A stretch of DNA of 64,000 bases, from the NCBI GenBank assembly GCA_019694615.1, contig JAIBBP010000264.1, positions 958-64,957 on the forward strand, given 5' to 3'. Positions 9,727-19,128 of this stretch are shown here, piece by piece. Every line of letters starts with the position of its first letter. Position 1 is the first letter of the stretch. Made by a program: the position numbers and the translations under genes. A model generated the notes under the pieces. It worked only from the letters and a program-made list of their open reading frames with translations, ran no database searches and was not told the DNA's origin. Origin of the DNA: Microthrixaceae bacterium. Lineage in GTDB: Bacteria > Actinomycetota > Acidimicrobiia > Acidimicrobiales > Microtrichaceae.

Positions 9727-10115
9727 CTTCGGCGTCGCTTCTCGCGCGCGTCGAGAAGCCGGTTGGGGTCGGAGGGAGCGATGCATCGGTGACCTTCGGG
9801 TCCCAGCGACGGCCTTCGACGCTCGGATCATCGGTGGTGGAAATGATCGACCGCCGTTGCCGCACAACCGTGGGCCGGGTAGACGGCCGCGCGGTTGCCC
9901 CAGACCTCGGCGAGCACCTCGCAGCGGGCGGTAAGGGGCGGGTGAGCCGCTGAACAGAGGCGTTCCTCGTCGATCGCGACGATACGCTCGGGGCCCATAG
10001 GTCGGTATTTTCTCCGACCGTAGACGGCGACCGACGCGCCCACTCGAACTTCGACGACCGCGGGGGCCCTCACGCGCTTTTGGCTGACCCACAACGCCAA
10101 CCCCTGCAGGTCTGA

Positions 10116-10934
10116 TCAATGCCGGTGATTCGCCAAGTAGCGCTGCCTTCCTCGTTCGCCGATTCGATTCACGATGGGGAGAAGCTTCGGGGTGAGCGCA
10201 GGGAATGCGTTGAGCAGCCGAGTGGTCAGGCTGTCGGAATAGGGCACGTAGTTCTCGAGCCGATGGCTCTCGATGGCGCGTTCGTACGCGTCGGCCACCT
10301 CATCGATGCTGCGAACAGCACCGAAGAAGTTCAGCGGGCTCCCACCTCCCTCCGCTTCCTTGAGCAACATCGGGGTGTCGACCGCGCTGGGGTAGATGCC
10401 GCTCACGTGCACGTTCGTCGCGTAGACCTCCGCGTTCACCGCCGCGAGAAAGGCTCGCAGTCCGGCCTTAGATGCTGAGTACGTCGCAGAGGTGGGAAGC
10501 GCGATGATGCCACCCATCGACACGGTCGCGAGCAGGTGGCCGCGATCCCGTTCGAGGAACTGCGGCAGTACCGCACGCGTGAGGTGGATGACACTTCGCA
10601 GCATGACGTCGAGCTGAAGGTCGATGGTGGCCGGGTCGACGTCAACGAGGTCGCCAGGGGCGATCACGCCTGCGTTGCACACGACCACATCGAGCGATTC
10701 TCGCCACGTCGTAGTGAGCTCACCAATGAGTAGTGCCAGCTGAGCCGGATCGGCGAGGTCGCAATCGATCGCGACCGTGTCGCCACCAATACGACTTGTG
10801 GCTGCCTGGAGCTGAACCGCGTTGCGGTCGACAGCGATAACTTCGTGACCCCGTCGATGGAGACGAGTGGCGACCTCGAGCCCGATGCCGCTCGCAGCAC
10901 CAGTCACCACGGCAGTAGATCTCCGCGGGGTCAT
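10116..10934 (-). CDS. short-chain dehydrogenase/reductase (SDR)
   Basis: VVTGAASGIG cofactor motif, NAG, catalytic YSASKAG. Confidence 0.9.
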   Translation of the reverse strand: MTPRRSTAVVTGAASGIGLEVATRLHRRGHEVIAVDRNAVQLQAATSRIGGDTVAIDCDLADPAQLALLIGELTTTWRESLDVVVCNAGVIAPGDLVDVDPATIDLQLDVMLRSVIHLTRAVLPQFLERDRGHLLATVSMGGIIALPTSATYSASKAGLRAFLAAVNAEVYATNVHVSGIYPSAVDTPMLLKEAEGGGSPLNFFGAVRSIDEVADAYERAIESHRLENYVPYSDSLTTRLLNAFPALTPKLLPIVNRIGERGRQRYLANHRH

Positions 10935-12379
10935 CGGCCGGCGACCGAGCGGTGTCGCAGTATCGAACCCACGGCCCCTCGACGAGGCTCGGCGGCCATG
11001 GACAACCCAACCCCATCTTGGACCTGCGCTTTCACCTGAGCGATCGTGCGCAGGTAGGCATCGACGTCGACGTAGTTGGCGTGGCGTTCGGAGTTCACGT
11101 AGTGGTGACTGCCCTTGAGATCGGGGTGATGGTTCGCCTTGAGGTCGGCGAATCGGCGCTGCACGGTTGACCCGTTGGCCGCTGTGGCATCCGCGACGAT
11201 CAGTTCGGCCATTGCCGCGTAGTTCGCGTACGCAGCGGATGCGAACTCGATGAAGCCGAGCACGGCGAGGTTCGGATGGTTGCGTGCGAACATGCCGAGA
11301 TAAAGGTCGGGTCGACCGTTTCGCATCTCGAGCACTCCTTCGTCCAGATACGGACTCGCGTGGTGGTATCCCGTCGCTGTGATGACCAGATCGATCCGTT
11401 CACGGGAGCCGTCGACGAACAGGACTTCCGGCCCGTCGAACGACGCGATGTCGGGCTTGGCGATGCAGTCGCCGTGTCCGAGGTAGTGGAGGATCTGTGT
11501 GTTCATAAGCGGATGCGATTCGAACACTCGATGGTCAGGTTTGGGGAGCCCGAGGCGAGTGAGGTCGCCGTTCATCAACCTGAGCATGACGCCGAACGCC
11601 CGCACCTCAAGCCAGTGAGGCAGTTTTGGGCCGTTGTGGGCGAAGACGTCCGCCGGAGTGCCGAAGATGTGCTTCGGGATGAAGTGGTACCCGCGCCGCA
11701 CGCTGAGGAACGCCTGGTCCGCGGCGAAGGCTGCGTCGCAGGCGATGTCGACACCGGAGTTGCCGGCCCCGACGACAAGAACGCGTTTGCCGGCGAACTC
11801 ACTCGCATCGCGATAGGTGACGGAGTGGCGGATCTCGCCGTCGAAACGGCCAGGCCATGAGATGACGTTGGGTTCCCAGGTGACGCCGTTGGCGCACACC
11901 AGGTAGCGAGCGCGGACTCGTCGGCCATCGGTCAGTTCGAGTTGCCAAGATCCGTCCTGATCGAGCGCCGCGTGGACGACGCCGGTGTCGAACTGGATGT
12001 GGCTGCGCAGATCGAACCGGTCGGCGTACGAGCGGATGTAGGCGAGGATCTGGCGGTGGTTGGGGTAGTCCGGGTAGTCCTCGGGCATCGGCAGATCGGG
12101 GAAGCCCGAGAGCGTCTTCGACGAGATGAAGTGCGCGGACTCGTACATGGGTGAACCTGGCGCGTCGATGTCCCAGATCCCGCCGACGTCCGCGTTCCGT
12201 TCCAGCACGGTGAACCGGGCGTCGGTCTCGGCCAGGCGCCGAGTCATGCAGAGCCCGGCTGGGCCCGCACCCACGACCACCACGTCGAGCAGTTCCGGAT
12301 CGGCTGTATCTGGAGTGTCCAACTCAAACCCCTTCCATACGTGAGATCTCCTCACGTATGGGACGTGAAGATACCTCAC
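10931..12379 (-). CDS. flavin-containing monooxygenase (FMO-type, FAD/NADPH)
   Basis: VVVVGAGPAGL, GGIWD, second Rossmann motif VLVVGAGNSGVDIA. The exact start is uncertain because operator palindromes overlap the annotated 5' end. Confidence 0.8.
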   Translation of the reverse strand: MRYLHVPYVRRSHVWKGFELDTPDTADPELLDVVVVGAGPAGLCMTRRLAETDARFTVLERNADVGGIWDIDAPGSPMYESAHFISSKTLSGFPDLPMPEDYPDYPNHRQILAYIRSYADRFDLRSHIQFDTGVVHAALDQDGSWQLELTDGRRVRARYLVCANGVTWEPNVISWPGRFDGEIRHSVTYRDASEFAGKRVLVVGAGNSGVDIACDAAFAADQAFLSVRRGYHFIPKHIFGTPADVFAHNGPKLPHWLEVRAFGVMLRLMNGDLTRLGLPKPDHRVFESHPLMNTQILHYLGHGDCIAKPDIASFDGPEVLFVDGSRERIDLVITATGYHHASPYLDEGVLEMRNGRPDLYLGMFARNHPNLAVLGFIEFASAAYANYAAMAELIVADATAANGSTVQRRFADLKANHHPDLKGSHHYVNSERHANYVDVDAYLRTIAQVKAQVQDGVGLSMAAEPRRGAVGSILRHRSVAGR

Positions 12380-12382
12380 GTC
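12335..12382. promoter_or_regulatory. two operator-like palindromes sharing CTCACGT
   Basis: CCATACGTGAG-ATCTC-CTCACGTATGG (12335-12361, perfect 11-bp arms) followed by GACGTGA-N7-TCACGTC (12362-12382), between the divergent FMO and TetR genes. Confidence 0.55.
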
Positions 12383-12402
12383 TTCTGTATGGTCAAAGAG
12401 CC

Positions 12403-13020
12403 ATGGCTAATGACCGCCCGAGACGCCGCCGGCCCGAGCAGGCGCGTAGCCGCCAGCGAGTGCAGGCGATCCTCACCGCAGCGACCGAGCTCATCGCCGA
12501 GCGCGGCACCGAGCCCCCATCAATGACCGAGATCGCTGAACGCGCGGGCATGGGCCTCACGGCGCTCTACCGGTACTTCCCGAACAAGCAGTCGATCCTG
12601 CGAGAGCTGTCACTTCAGGTGCTTGAGTTCAACCGGCAGAGCTTCGTCACTCCGCTGGTCGACTCCGATGCTCCGATCGAGGAGCTCATCCGCGACTCGA
12701 TCACCGCCTACTGGCACCTCCACCGCGACGAACCATTCCGACTCCGCCTGCGCGTTGCCATCCACGGCGACGCGGAACTGAGCGCCCTCGACCTCGCTGA
12801 CAGCCGGCAGAACGCACTGCTCTTCGCCGACCAGATCAGTCAGGACGGCACAGACGGTTACTCCAGCACCGTGCGTCACGTCTTCCTCATCATCTCGCTG
12901 CTCGACAGCCTGATGCTCACAGCGATCCAACTCAGCCGAGAGGAGGCGGACGCCCTCGTGGATGACTTCGCAGACATGGCCGTCTCCTTGCTAGGCGGCG
13001 CTAGTCGCAAGTCTCCATGA
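12403..13020 (+). CDS. TetR-family transcriptional regulator
   Basis: HTH PPSMTEIAERAGMGLTALYRYFPNK. Start set at MANDR. Confidence 0.85.
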   Translation: MANDRPRRRRPEQARSRQRVQAILTAATELIAERGTEPPSMTEIAERAGMGLTALYRYFPNKQSILRELSLQVLEFNRQSFVTPLVDSDAPIEELIRDSITAYWHLHRDEPFRLRLRVAIHGDAELSALDLADSRQNALLFADQISQDGTDGYSSTVRHVFLIISLLDSLMLTAIQLSREEADALVDDFADMAVSLLGGASRKSP

Positions 13021-13133
13021 GGGACAGCCCGTCAGAACAAAGGCCGACCGAGCATCTTGGGGCACACCCTTCGGCGTGGGTCTCCGTTGACAGGGTGCTG
13101 TCGCGGCGGCAGCCGTGACTTGGATGACGTCCC

Positions 13134-14090
13134 TCAGCAGAACGAAGTGACCGTCTGCCGCACGAGGTCCTCGATGGTCGCGATGAGCACCTCGGGTGCC
13201 TCGAGCGGCAGCATGTGGCCGTAGTCGGGAAGTACGTCGAGTCGCGCTGCTCGGATGCCGTCGTTGAGCTCACGGGCCCGTCGCGGCGGAGTCAGCGCGT
13301 CTCTTGTACCGACGAGGAGGCGTGTCGGCACTTGGATGTTGTCGAGGGTGGGCCGATAGTCCATACGGCTCATCGCGACGAGAAATCCGGCGCGAGCCGC
13401 GCCACTGGTCGCGAGCATCGCGGCCTGCGTGGCCTCGAGGTGGCTGCGGTGTACCTCGGCACCGACGACACGTCGATCGGACGACACCGGGCGCTTGGCC
13501 AGTCGGCGAGACCGCGCTTCTCCGAGAAATGCCTTGGCCGCGAGTGGGGGGACCCGGAGGTTGCCGGTGTGCGCGGCGGTGGAGGCCAACACCACACCAC
13601 TGACTCGACCGGCGAGCACATCGGATCTCACCTTGGCGAGTGCCTGGATCGTCATGCCCCCCATGGAGTGGCCAGCGAGTACAACATCGTTGACGTCGAG
13701 CCGCTCAAGCACGACGGCGAGGTCGAGCCCAAGGCGATCAATGGAGATAGGGCCGGTCCCAAGGGTCGAGCTGCCGTGACCGCGCTGGTCGTACAGCACT
13801 ACTCGGTGACCGCCGGCGACCAGCCCGCGGGCGACCGGAGCCCAGATGCTCATCCCGCCGGTCCAGCAGTGAGGCAGCACCACCACCGGCCCATCGCCTG
13901 CGACCAGCACGGCCAGATCTGCGCCGTCATCGGTGTGAAGAGTGAACAGCTCACCCTCGGGGAGGGTGAGCCCTTCTGACCCACAAGGATCGTCGAGGAT
14001 CGACCAGCGAATCCTCCGGCGACGAATCGCGACAGCGGCGCTCACGCCGAGTGCGACCGCGAGCACGCGACCACCCGTGTTCACCCGCAT
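13134..14090 (-). CDS. alpha/beta-fold hydrolase (esterase-like) with N-terminal hydrophobic segment
   Basis: VVVLPHCW, nucleophile elbow GHSMGG, C-terminal YGHMLPLE. Confidence 0.85.
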   Translation of the reverse strand: MRVNTGGRVLAVALGVSAAVAIRRRRIRWSILDDPCGSEGLTLPEGELFTLHTDDGADLAVLVAGDGPVVVLPHCWTGGMSIWAPVARGLVAGGHRVVLYDQRGHGSSTLGTGPISIDRLGLDLAVVLERLDVNDVVLAGHSMGGMTIQALAKVRSDVLAGRVSGVVLASTAAHTGNLRVPPLAAKAFLGEARSRRLAKRPVSSDRRVVGAEVHRSHLEATQAAMLATSGAARAGFLVAMSRMDYRPTLDNIQVPTRLLVGTRDALTPPRRARELNDGIRAARLDVLPDYGHMLPLEAPEVLIATIEDLVRQTVTSFC

Positions 14091-14292
14091 CCCCCTCCTT
14101 CCTTCCCGACGTCAGGTCGGACTCGAACGACGAGCCCGTCCGTCAGTGGCCTGACGACCAGCGCGGCGGACGAACTGTCGAGCGTCGAAAACCTGAACTC
14201 GTCGGCGGGACTCCGGTCGCCAAAGGCAGCTCGATCCGCGTGGGTGGCGGCACCGAAGTCGGAGCGATAGAGCCGGGAACCGGCTACGCCGC

Positions 14293-15135
14293 TCATCCCT
14301 GCTTGGCGGCGCGTCGTTCGGCCTGGCGTGCTCCGAAGGCGAGCGGCCCTTGGTAGATCGCGGCGGGGAGCCGGCTGAGCAGGTCGATGATCTTCCCGTC
14401 GGTGCCGATCACGACGCGTCGCTTGTCGCGCTCGACGGCGCGGAGGATCGTCTGGGCGGCCTGGTCGGGTGTGGTGCGGGCGATCTTCTCGAACGCGGCG
14501 GCGGGATCGGTGCCGGGGGCGATGCGGGTCTCGTCGTGGCGGCCGTTGCGGACGATGTTGGTCTTGACGCCGCCGGGATGCACCGTCGTGCAGGACACGG
14601 TGCTGTGGGCGCCCTTGAGCTCCATGCGCAGCGACTCGGTCATGCCGCGCACTGCGAACTTGGCGGCGTTGTAGGCCGACTGGCCGGGCACGCTGATGAG
14701 CCCGAACACGCTCGACAGGTTGACGACGTGGCCCTCGTCGGCCGCGAGCAGATGGGGGAGGAACGCCTTGGTCCCGTGCACCACTCCCCAGAAGTTGATG
14801 CCCATGAGCCATTCGAAGTCGTCGTAGCTCATGGCCTGGAAGTCGTAGCCGAGCGAGACGCCGGCGTTGTTCACCACGAGGTTGACCTTGCCGTGCTCGG
14901 ACGCGACGTCCTCGGCCCAGGCGAACACCGCATCGCGGTTGGCCACGTCGACGGGACAGGACGTCACCTTGACGCCGTGACCCTCGCACAGCACGACGGT
15001 CTCGGCGAGCGACGCCTCATCGATGTCGCTCAGAGCCAGGTGGCATCCACGTCGTGCGAGCTCGAGGGCGAGGGCACGGCCGATGCCCGAGCCCGCGCCG
15101 GTGATCGCGGCGACCTTGCCGTTGAAGTGCTTCAT
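14293..15135 (-). CDS. short-chain dehydrogenase/reductase (SDR)
   Basis: ITGAGSGIG, NNAG, catalytic YNAAKFA. Confidence 0.9.
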   Translation of the reverse strand: MKHFNGKVAAITGAGSGIGRALALELARRGCHLALSDIDEASLAETVVLCEGHGVKVTSCPVDVANRDAVFAWAEDVASEHGKVNLVVNNAGVSLGYDFQAMSYDDFEWLMGINFWGVVHGTKAFLPHLLAADEGHVVNLSSVFGLISVPGQSAYNAAKFAVRGMTESLRMELKGAHSTVSCTTVHPGGVKTNIVRNGRHDETRIAPGTDPAAAFEKIARTTPDQAAQTILRAVERDKRRVVIGTDGKIIDLLSRLPAAIYQGPLAFGARQAERRAAKQG

Positions 15136-16664
15136 CTCGGTCTGCTCCCGGTGAGGGCGGGCCCGGCCGGAGTGGCCGAGGTGTGGATGGGTGTCGGGTT
15201 GGACAGTCGGAGGACGTCGTCCTCGAGACCCTTGAGCCGCATGGCGCGGTAGTCACGCAGGTAGTTCTGGTGCACCTGCCACGGGAACGCGTCCCCCTGC
15301 TTGGGGAAGCTCTGGACCGACCGCTGGACGTAGCCCGAGGTGAGGTCGACGAACGGCAGGGGCTCGACCTCGGTGCCACTGTGCACCGGGGTGCACTGGC
15401 GGAGCCCCGTCTCCCGCATGCGCGTGAGCACGCGCGTGACGTAGTCGCAGGACAGCTCGCACTTGAGCGTCCACGAGGCGTTCGTGTAGCCGAACGCGAA
15501 CGCGAGGTTGGGAACGCCTTCGATCATGGTGCCCCGGTAGGTGAGGCGCGTCGACGGATCGACCGCCTCGTCGTCCACGGTCAGCTCGATGCCACCGAGG
15601 AAGAGCATCTCCAGTCCCGTGGCAGTGACGATGACGTCGGCCTCGAGCTCCTCGCCCGACGCGAGCCGGATCCCGGCGGGGGTGAAGGTCTCGATGTGGT
15701 CGGTGACCACCGACGCCCGACCCTCGGAGATGGCCGTGAACAGGTCGCCGTCGGGGACCATGCACATGCGCTGGTCCCACGGGTCGTAGGCGGGAGTGAA
15801 GTGGGTGTCGATGTCGTAGCCCTCGGGCAGGCGCTTCTCGACGCCCTTGCGGAGCAGCTTGCGGACCGTCTCTGGCCGGCGTCGGCTGAACTGGTATCCG
15901 GCGACCCCGCCGATGGCCAGCGCCCATCGCAGCCCCGACCGGGCCCATCGACCGTTCGGCCCGCCCCGGTTCAGCGGGTTCTTCGCCGGTGCGGATGCGA
16001 TGTAGGTCGGCGAGCGCTGGAGCATCGTGACGTGGCCGGCCGTCTCGGCCATGGCCGGGACGAGGGTGACGGCGGTGGCGCCGCTCCCGATGACCACCAC
16101 CCGCTTGCCCGCGTAGTCGAGGTCGTCGGGCCAGAACTGGGGGTGCACGATCGTGCCGTCGAAGTCGTCGTAGCCCGGGAACTCGGGGAGGTGGCCGCGG
16201 TCGTAGCGGTAGTAGCCGGTGCACGAGTAGAGGAAGCGGCACGTCAGCTCGACCGACTCGCCCGTCGACACCAGCTCGGCGGTGACGTGCCACAGGGCGT
16301 CGTCGCTCGACCAGGCCGCGGTGCGGACCTTGTGTCCGAAGCGGATCCGCTGGTCGGTGCCGTCCTCCGCTGCCGTCTCCCGGATGTAGTCACGGATCGA
16401 CGCGCCGTCGGCGATCGAGTTCTCGCCGTTCCACGGCCGGAAGCCGTAGCCGAGGGTGAACATGTCGGAGTCGGACCGCACCCCGGGGTAGCGGAAGAGG
16501 TCCCAGGTGCCGCCGATGGCGTCGCGGCCTTCGAGGATCGCGAAGGTCAGCCAGGGGGTCTTCGTGGCGATGTGGTGCGCGGCACCGATGCCCGACAGGC
16601 CGGCCCCGACGATGAGGACGTCGACGTGCTCGACCGCTCGATCCACGCCGGACGCGACGCTCAT
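15132..16664 (-). CDS. Baeyer-Villiger-type flavin monooxygenase (EthA-like)
   Basis: VLIVGAGLSGIG, GGTWDLFRYPGVRSD, BVMO fingerprint FDGTIVHPQFWP (F-x-G-x3-H-x3-W-P), VVVIGSGATAV. Start trimmed to the ATG at 16664, which overlaps the upstream stop. Confidence 0.85.
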   Translation of the reverse strand: MSVASGVDRAVEHVDVLIVGAGLSGIGAAHHIATKTPWLTFAILEGRDAIGGTWDLFRYPGVRSDSDMFTLGYGFRPWNGENSIADGASIRDYIRETAAEDGTDQRIRFGHKVRTAAWSSDDALWHVTAELVSTGESVELTCRFLYSCTGYYRYDRGHLPEFPGYDDFDGTIVHPQFWPDDLDYAGKRVVVIGSGATAVTLVPAMAETAGHVTMLQRSPTYIASAPAKNPLNRGGPNGRWARSGLRWALAIGGVAGYQFSRRRPETVRKLLRKGVEKRLPEGYDIDTHFTPAYDPWDQRMCMVPDGDLFTAISEGRASVVTDHIETFTPAGIRLASGEELEADVIVTATGLEMLFLGGIELTVDDEAVDPSTRLTYRGTMIEGVPNLAFAFGYTNASWTLKCELSCDYVTRVLTRMRETGLRQCTPVHSGTEVEPLPFVDLTSGYVQRSVQSFPKQGDAFPWQVHQNYLRDYRAMRLKGLEDDVLRLSNPTPIHTSATPAGPALTGSRPR

Positions 16665-17545
16665 ACTGCCGTGGAGCCCACGAGCCGGTCGTTGAGCGTG
16701 CCCTCGTCGCCGAAGAGCCGCTCGCGCCACTCGTCGAGCAGCGCCGTGGTGTCGCGTTGCTCGGGATGGAAGTCCTCGCGCTCGAAGTCCTTGATCGCCT
16801 CCCACATCTCCTTCCGCATCAGCGACGTCGACCGGAATCGGCGGACGCCTCGGCGCAGCACGCCAGGCCGGCGGGCGGCCGGATCGGTCACGAACACCTG
16901 CACCGGAATGAGGATGGCTATCAGGACAAGTGCCCAGCGCGTCAGCTTCATCGACCAGATGCGATTGCGCTCGCTGCCACCCATCGCGCGGTACACGTCG
17001 AAGGCGACGGCCTTGTGCTCGGATTCCTCGAGGGCGTGCCAGACGTAGATGTCCTGGACGGCCTGGTGGCCGAGGACCGCCCGGAACGACTCGTCGGTCA
17101 GCACGAGCTCGGCGAGGAGCGCGGTGAAGTGCTCGGCAACCACCGTGCTGGCGAGGTTCGTCTCCGGGCTGCACAGCCGCTCCTGGAGCGCGTTCATGCG
17201 CCGGTGCAGCCTCTCCATCCGCTCGACCGGATAGCCGAGTGCCTGAAGGCATTCGTTGAAGACGCGGTGTTCCCGACCGTGCATCGCCTCCTGGCCGATG
17301 AAGCCGGCGACCTGCCGCTTGAGCACGGGGTCGGTGATCTGATCGCGGTAGTGGCGGACCGACCGGACGAAGAAGTCCTCGCCCTCAGGGAACGACGCCG
17401 AGAGGATCGCCCAAAAGTGGCTCATGAGCACGTCGCCGTCCTCCGCGAAGTGCTTCGGAACCTGGGCCAGGTGCTCGTCGAAGGCCATCCGACGGGTCGG
17501 GACGGTCCGCGTGGGGTTGCTCGACTGACTCATGTCGGGCAACAT
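16661..17545 (-). CDS. predicted metal-dependent hydrolase family protein
   Basis: FPEGEDFFVRSVRHY ... FIGQEAMHGREH ... ALEESEHKAVAFDVY blocks resemble the predicted metal-dependent hydrolase family (PF10118-like, recalled from memory). Confidence 0.6.
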   Translation of the reverse strand: MLPDMSQSSNPTRTVPTRRMAFDEHLAQVPKHFAEDGDVLMSHFWAILSASFPEGEDFFVRSVRHYRDQITDPVLKRQVAGFIGQEAMHGREHRVFNECLQALGYPVERMERLHRRMNALQERLCSPETNLASTVVAEHFTALLAELVLTDESFRAVLGHQAVQDIYVWHALEESEHKAVAFDVYRAMGGSERNRIWSMKLTRWALVLIAILIPVQVFVTDPAARRPGVLRRGVRRFRSTSLMRKEMWEAIKDFEREDFHPEQRDTTALLDEWRERLFGDEGTLNDRLVGSTAV

Positions 17546-17585
17546 ACCGGTCGATCACTTTTTTCGCAAGAACCGGTCGATCACT
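17546..17585. repeat. tandem direct repeat ACCGGTCGATCACT (x2, 26-bp period) abutting a start codon
   Basis: Copies at 17546-17559 and 17572-17585, each followed by a T-rich tract and CAAG. Lies in the divergent region shared with the TetR gene at 17825. Confidence 0.4.
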
Positions 17586-17824
17586 ATTTTCAAGTCCCAT
17601 GCCCCTGCGGCTGGCATGACACGGAAGATGAGCAGCTGTTGCTCGGAGGTAGACCCCGACCATGATCACGACCCACGCCGCTGACCTGCCCGAGCCAGAC
17701 CCCAGGTTGCTGCAGAGGCCGCCGTGGGCAGGCCGATCGGTCGACGTGACTTCGCCGCTCAAAAGGCAAGTCCTGGCAGGCCACGTCTCGTCCTCTGTCA
17801 TCGCCCACACCGGGAACTGAATCG

Positions 17825-18418
17825 ATGGGACGCAGAGCCGGTGTGACCGCCGAGCAGACCCGGTCGACGTTGCTCTCAGCTGCCGCGGACATCTTTGCGG
17901 CGAAGGGGTACGACGGGGCGAGCATTTCGGACATCTGTACCGCCGCCAGCCTGACCAGCGGGGCGCTGTACACCCACTACAGCTCGAAGGCAGAGCTGTT
18001 CGTGGCAGTGCTCGAAGCCCATGGCCAACGCCAATTCCAGGATCTGGTCTCAGGGGCCGGGGATGTCGCCAGCTTCTTGGCGACCGCTGGTGCCGCCTAC
18101 GGTCGGCGCCAGACCGACTCATCACTCATGATCGAGGCCATTGTCGCCTCGAAGCGCCACCCCGAGGTCGCCCAACTCGTCGCCTCGTGGCTCGACGCCG
18201 ACGAAGACCTGCTCGCCGCGTCCATCCGCGAGGCGCAGCAGTCCGGAGCTCTCGCAGAAGGGCTGGAGCCCGAGGCGATCAGCCGACTCGCGACGATGAT
18301 CAGCCTGGGTTCAATCCTGATCTCTGAACTCGAGGTTCGGAACCTCGACTCCGAAGCGTGGGCGAATCTGATCGACCAGCTCGTCGACATCGTGCGCGTG
18401 ACGCGCCCAGGCGAGTGA
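17825..18418 (+). CDS. TetR-family transcriptional regulator
   Basis: HTH YDGASISDICTAASLTSGALYTHYSSK. Confidence 0.85.
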   Translation: MGRRAGVTAEQTRSTLLSAAADIFAAKGYDGASISDICTAASLTSGALYTHYSSKAELFVAVLEAHGQRQFQDLVSGAGDVASFLATAGAAYGRRQTDSSLMIEAIVASKRHPEVAQLVASWLDADEDLLAASIREAQQSGALAEGLEPEAISRLATMISLGSILISELEVRNLDSEAWANLIDQLVDIVRVTRPGE

Positions 18419-18423
18419 CCCGA

Positions 18424-18879
18424 ATGGTCTCGCAGTCTGAGCTGGCCGATCCATCCGAGAACGAGTCCGAACCCAGCGAGGTCTTGCGGCTCCGGGCACT
18501 ACCTGCCGCATCCCAGCCGGCCTTCCCGCTCGAGCACGACTACTTCGAGATCGTGTACACGCCTCTCGTTGGCCCGACAGCGGTGCTCCTTGCCCGAGCG
18601 ATGGCACGCCACCTCGATGCGGCAGGCGGCCCGACCACCGTGTGTCCGATTGAGCTGGCGCAGGAGATCGGCCTCCGTGCGAGCAGCGCGAAGCCGCTCG
18701 GCAAGAAGTCACACCTCGTCCACGCCATCGACCGCCTCGCGCACGACCACATCGTCTCCCGACTCGAAGACCGGATTCTTGGGGTGCGAGTGGCAATCCC
18801 GCCCGTGAGTGCTCAGACTCTCGCCAAGCTTCCGGTCACTGTCAGGGATGCTCACAGACGGTTGGTATCGGTCGACTGA
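18424..18879 (+). CDS. hypothetical DNA-binding-like protein, paralog of 49917-50462
   Basis: Aligns with the other ICE protein across shared blocks (Y-F/V-E, VGP-T/S, LL-x-R-x-M, EL-x4-GL, R-L-V/A). Start set at the ATG at 18424. Confidence 0.55.
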   Translation: MVSQSELADPSENESEPSEVLRLRALPAASQPAFPLEHDYFEIVYTPLVGPTAVLLARAMARHLDAAGGPTTVCPIELAQEIGLRASSAKPLGKKSHLVHAIDRLAHDHIVSRLEDRILGVRVAIPPVSAQTLAKLPVTVRDAHRRLVSVD

Positions 18880-19128
18880 ACGACCCACGAAACCCGCGAA
18901 GACCCTGTCCTGGCACCAGCTGCCACTGACATTGGCGGACATCTATCCACGCTGTCGAGTCGCTGCCGGATCTCGCCGAGGACTCGGCAGATGACGCTCT
19001 CCCGAGCGACATTTCCGCCCCGCGGTGATCCACTGCGCCGAGCTGCGGGGCAGCCGTGCCTCGGATGCCGTATGTCTCAGTCATGCCGACCCCGGGCTAG
19101 TTCGATGAACCCAGCTCCCTCGGTCTTG

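Noticed and set aside
9791-9801. 11-bp match (GACCTTCGGGT) to the att core / anticodon-stem region, 200 bp inside the ICE.
   Set aside because: It is too short to distinguish from chance in GC-rich DNA, and no flanking similarity extends the match.
9828-10100. 90-aa minus-strand ORF, and overlapping ORFs at 9587-10119, just inside the ICE left end.
   Set aside because: There is no recognisable motif, no convincing ribosome-binding site, and several mutually overlapping alternatives. The region also carries arm-type repeats and is more likely the non-coding P' arm of attP.
15183-17048. 621-aa plus-strand ORF. Similar long antisense ORFs occur at 4978-6333, 6254-7495, 22111-23901, 30075-32081, 44882-46051 and 52081-53937.
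   Set aside because: Each lies opposite a gene with clear catalytic motifs. They have Arg/Gly/Val/Asp-biased composition and no motifs. Long open antisense frames are expected at this GC content.
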